Of a stretch of 64,000 nt of DNA, positions 61,051-64,000 are shown piece after piece. The position numbers and the translations under genes were made by a program. How positions within the stretch are numbered: the first letter of the stretch is position 1; each line of letters opens with the position of its first letter. The notes beneath the pieces were generated by a model that was not told where the DNA came from, did not search any database, and saw nothing but the letters and a program-made list of their open reading frames with translations. This DNA is from Terriglobales bacterium (GTDB lineage Bacteria; Acidobacteriota; Terriglobia; Terriglobales; Acidobacteriaceae). The stretch is taken from contig CAWBGO010000005.1 of assembly GCA_963788475.1 (NCBI GenBank), positions 10,505 through 74,504 of the forward strand, read 5' to 3'.

Positions 61051-61917
61051 TCAGCGCACCTGCAATTTACGAAGGTAGGGGACGCTGGCTTTCATCAGGG
61101 GCAGGTCCATCTCGACGAAGTAGTTTTTGATGCCACCGGTTTTGGCGGCGGCAAAGATTTTTGGCCAATCGAGAGTGTCCTGGCCCACGGGCACGATTTT
61201 CCGGGTCTTTGCGGACCAGCCCTGCACGTGCATGGAAATGAAGCGGCCCGGGTATTTGGTGAAGTATTCGGCGGCATCATAACCGTCGCTGATGGTCGAC
61301 ACCTGGAACTGGAATTTGACGAGCTTCGGATCGAGAAGCTGAAACAGCAGGTCGTAGGTTCGCTGGCCGTTCACTTTGCTTAGCTCGAAATCCTCGTTGT
61401 GAAGGCCCTGCACGATGCCGGCGGCCGCGGCTCGCTCGCCCATGCGGTTGTACTCGTCGGCGGCTCGCTTGACGTCGTCCATGGTGGGATTCTTCGGACC
61501 GTCGAGGCTGGGCACCAGCATTTGCGTCAGGCCGACGTCTTTAGCCCAGGCGATGCGGTCTTCCTGGTTTTCTCGCAATTCCTTTATCGAAAAGTGGCTG
61601 CTGACGCAGGTGAGGCCCGCTTCATGCAGAATGCGGCGGAGCTCAGTTCCGCTGTACTTTGCGATCTTGGCGAATCCGGAGTCGGCATAGCCTACGGGCG
61701 AACACAGCTCAATGCTCTGGAATCCGGCCGCGGCGAGTTCCTGGAGCGTGCCGCGGAAGTCTGTGGCGATCATGGCGCGCACGGGCCAGGTCTGGCAGCC
61801 AATGGGAAGACCCAGAGGATCGGCGTGCAGAGCCCGCCCGGTTGAGTACGCCAAGGCAGTCAACGCCGTGCTCGACGCAGCGGTTCTGATGAAGTTTCTT
61901 CTTGAAATTCTCGGCAT
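61051..61917 (-). CDS. Sugar phosphate isomerase/epimerase TIM barrel (AP_endonuc_2) with Tat signal
   Basis: SRRNFI, IGCQTWPVR, GFQSIE, SSH, LHN...E, SMHV, G...LDW..IF, YFVEMD. Confidence 0.88.
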   Translation of the reverse strand: MPRISRRNFIRTAASSTALTALAYSTGRALHADPLGLPIGCQTWPVRAMIATDFRGTLQELAAAGFQSIELCSPVGYADSGFAKIAKYSGTELRRILHEAGLTCVSSHFSIKELRENQEDRIAWAKDVGLTQMLVPSLDGPKNPTMDDVKRAADEYNRMGERAAAAGIVQGLHNEDFELSKVNGQRTYDLLFQLLDPKLVKFQFQVSTISDGYDAAEYFTKYPGRFISMHVQGWSAKTRKIVPVGQDTLDWPKIFAAAKTGGIKNYFVEMDLPLMKASVPYLRKLQVR

Positions 61918-61971
61918 TCGCGGCTCCCTGGTTACATCCTGATCTTGATTCTTAGAACATCGCACGGCGGG

Positions 61972-64000
61972 TCACCAGGACAGCGTGACGGTCATGGTCT
62001 TCCAGCCATCGCCGGGAGGAAATTGAACAGCGATGGCAGGGAACCGGACCGGGGTGCCCGTTTCGCTATCGGGCGGCGGCTGGGTCTGAAGTTCGGCGCC
62101 ATCGACGCGAAGCTTCGGAGCCGGCGCCGACAAGACTAACGGAATGTCGAGTTGGGCGCCGGCGGGTCCCTCGAGGGTCAATGACAGTTGACGCTGCGTG
62201 TAGGACTCGTTGAGAACGCGAATCGAGCGGGTCCGATCTCCGGAGGAAGGCCTGCGAAAGAATGGCGCGACCGCGACAACCGGCCGGGGAATGGTGATGG
62301 ATTGGTTGGGCAGGGACTTCGTTCCCGACTGCATGCTGGCCAGTTTCACACCGGATGTTGTGGGGTTGGTGAACGAAACGCTCAGTTCGCCTTTGGATTG
62401 GAGGAAAGTCAGGCCAACGGATTCTGAGCCGACACGAATGTTTTTGATTTCGGCGTGATCCCAGTTCGCTGGCAGGTGCGGATTCACGGTGATGGTTTTG
62501 GTCTGGGCGTCGATGTCGATGCCGAAGAGGCCGCGCAGCGTGGGCGTGATGACCATGGCGCTCGACCATAACTGGTGGCTGGTGCTGCGGCCGAAGGGGA
62601 CAAAGAAATCGCCGCGACAGAAGTTCGGTGTCGGCGCCGAGGTCCTGGGCCCAGGTGAGGTTGGCGTTCTCCATGAGCATCTGGTAGCCGGCGAGAGGCT
62701 GGTTGCCGCGGTACTCGGCCAGCGCGGCCCAGCCGGTGAAGAGCGGCCAGACGGAGCCCTGGTGATAGCTCATGCCGTCGTAGATCTTCTCTTCGTTGGA
62801 GACGTCGCGCAGGCCCCAGTCGGTGTTGAGGGTGTGGGCGGCAAACTGCTGAAGGCAGCCTTCAGGGTGGGCGAGATAGCTGGAGTTGTTGGTGACCGAG
62901 GGGCTGCTCCACCAGGCCAGGGCGGGATAGACGGTGGTGGTGCGGTCGAGGGAGCCGTCGGGATTGCGGCTGAAGGCGTAGCAACCTTTCTCCTGGTCGT
63001 AGAACTGGGCGTCGATGGTTTTCTTGATGGTCTCGGGGCGAAGTTGTGCCGCCGCCGCCATGCTCCTTGTTGCCGAGGAGTCCTTCGAGTCTGCGCCAGG
63101 GCGGCGGAGGCCTGCTGATCGAGGAGGGCGAGATAGATTTCCTGGTGCGGCATGCCGCCGGGCCAGCTCTCGACCCAGCCTGTGCCCTGCGAGTTGTCGT
63201 AGATGCCGTTCGCCTGGTCGGTGTCGTGCGCGTGGCTGGTCTCGAAGTCCCACGCCTTCTCGATGGCGTCGCGATGCGCGGTGAGGAAGGCGGTGTCGCC
63301 GCTGGCGCGCACGTAATCGAGCATGGCGAGAAGGAAGAGCGGCGTGGAGTCGGCCGCGGCGTACATGTAGGGGAATTGCAGCCAGTCGATGGCCGCGGCG
63401 GTCTGCGAGTACTCGTGCATGATCTTGCCGTCGGCGCGCTGGCGGCGGATGAGGAATTCGAGTTCGGATTTGGAGAGCGCGAAGTCGCCGTAGCCGTTGA
63501 CGGCGTAGAGGGTGTAGAGCGCGTCGCGGCCGAAGAACCAGCCGAAGCCGGGGCGCGCGGAGTCGCCGGAGGCGTAGTAGCCGGCGACGAGGGCGGTTTC
63601 TTCCGGGGTTGCAGGCGCGCCGGGCGGTGAGCTCTGGCCGGGAATGGTCTTGGTTCTGAGCTGCTCGATGGAGATGACGGCCCACTGGAAGGCTTCGTTG
63701 AGGGCCTTGTCGGGGGTTTCGATGGAGACGGAATTGGCGAGGATTTTCTTGTAGGTCTCGGACGTGGGTCTTGTACAGGTCGGGAATGGCGGCGTTCAGC
63801 TTTTCGAGGGCGGCGGCGAGGTTGCCGGAGTTGGCCGCAGCTGTGGTCAGTGCCGATGGCCATGAGCAGGGGATAGAGGCGGCCGTGGTCGCGGGCGGGG
63901 TCGATGCGGAGCTTGAGTTCGACGGGATGAACCTGGGGGCGCTCCTGGTAGGGGGCAAGGATGCCGGGGCGCGCGCCGGGGATGGTGACGGCCGCGGCGA
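61972..64000 (-). CDS. Amylo-alpha-1,6-glucosidase / glycogen-debranching-like (alpha/alpha)6 hydrolase; 5' end outside window, multiple frameshifts
   Basis: RPGFGWFFGRDAL, GKIMHE, YAAADSTPLF, QEIYLA, WGLR, SYHQGSVWP segments across frames. Confidence 0.85.

Overview
High-GC chromosomal segment, most likely from a subdivision-1 Acidobacterium (Acidobacteriaceae). This is inferred from two ADOP permeases, wHTH-TolB-TPR regulators and characteristic palindromic repeats. Core content: a trpC-trpF-(AAA ATPase)-trpB-trpA-chorismate mutase-aroF-tyrA operon, lpxC, moeA/moaC, mmuM, TonB, peptidases, an RsbU/RsbW/RsbV-like module and several carbohydrate-active enzymes (trehalase, GH12, GH32, pullulanase, debranching enzyme). 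Many core genes carry single-base indels that look like long-read consensus errors. I recognised no rRNA, tRNA, CRISPR, integrase or transposase. Most notable observations: (1) an accessory block from about 28.6 to 40.7 kb in which the 3' end of the flanking secreted-protein gene recurs after successive gene cassettes, like an att hotspot with no recombinase in view; (2) an unannotated stand-alone transcription unit of about 250 nt at 13.0-13.3 kb, with promoter, RBS, 38-aa ORF, RNA stems and terminator; (3) two wHTH-TolB-TPR regulators, each divergent from an exported protein gene, with heptamer repeats at 11-bp period between them; (4) several REP/MITE-like families, some nested and some recruited into coding sequence. 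All calls come from reading the sequence and motif recall; no database searches were run.
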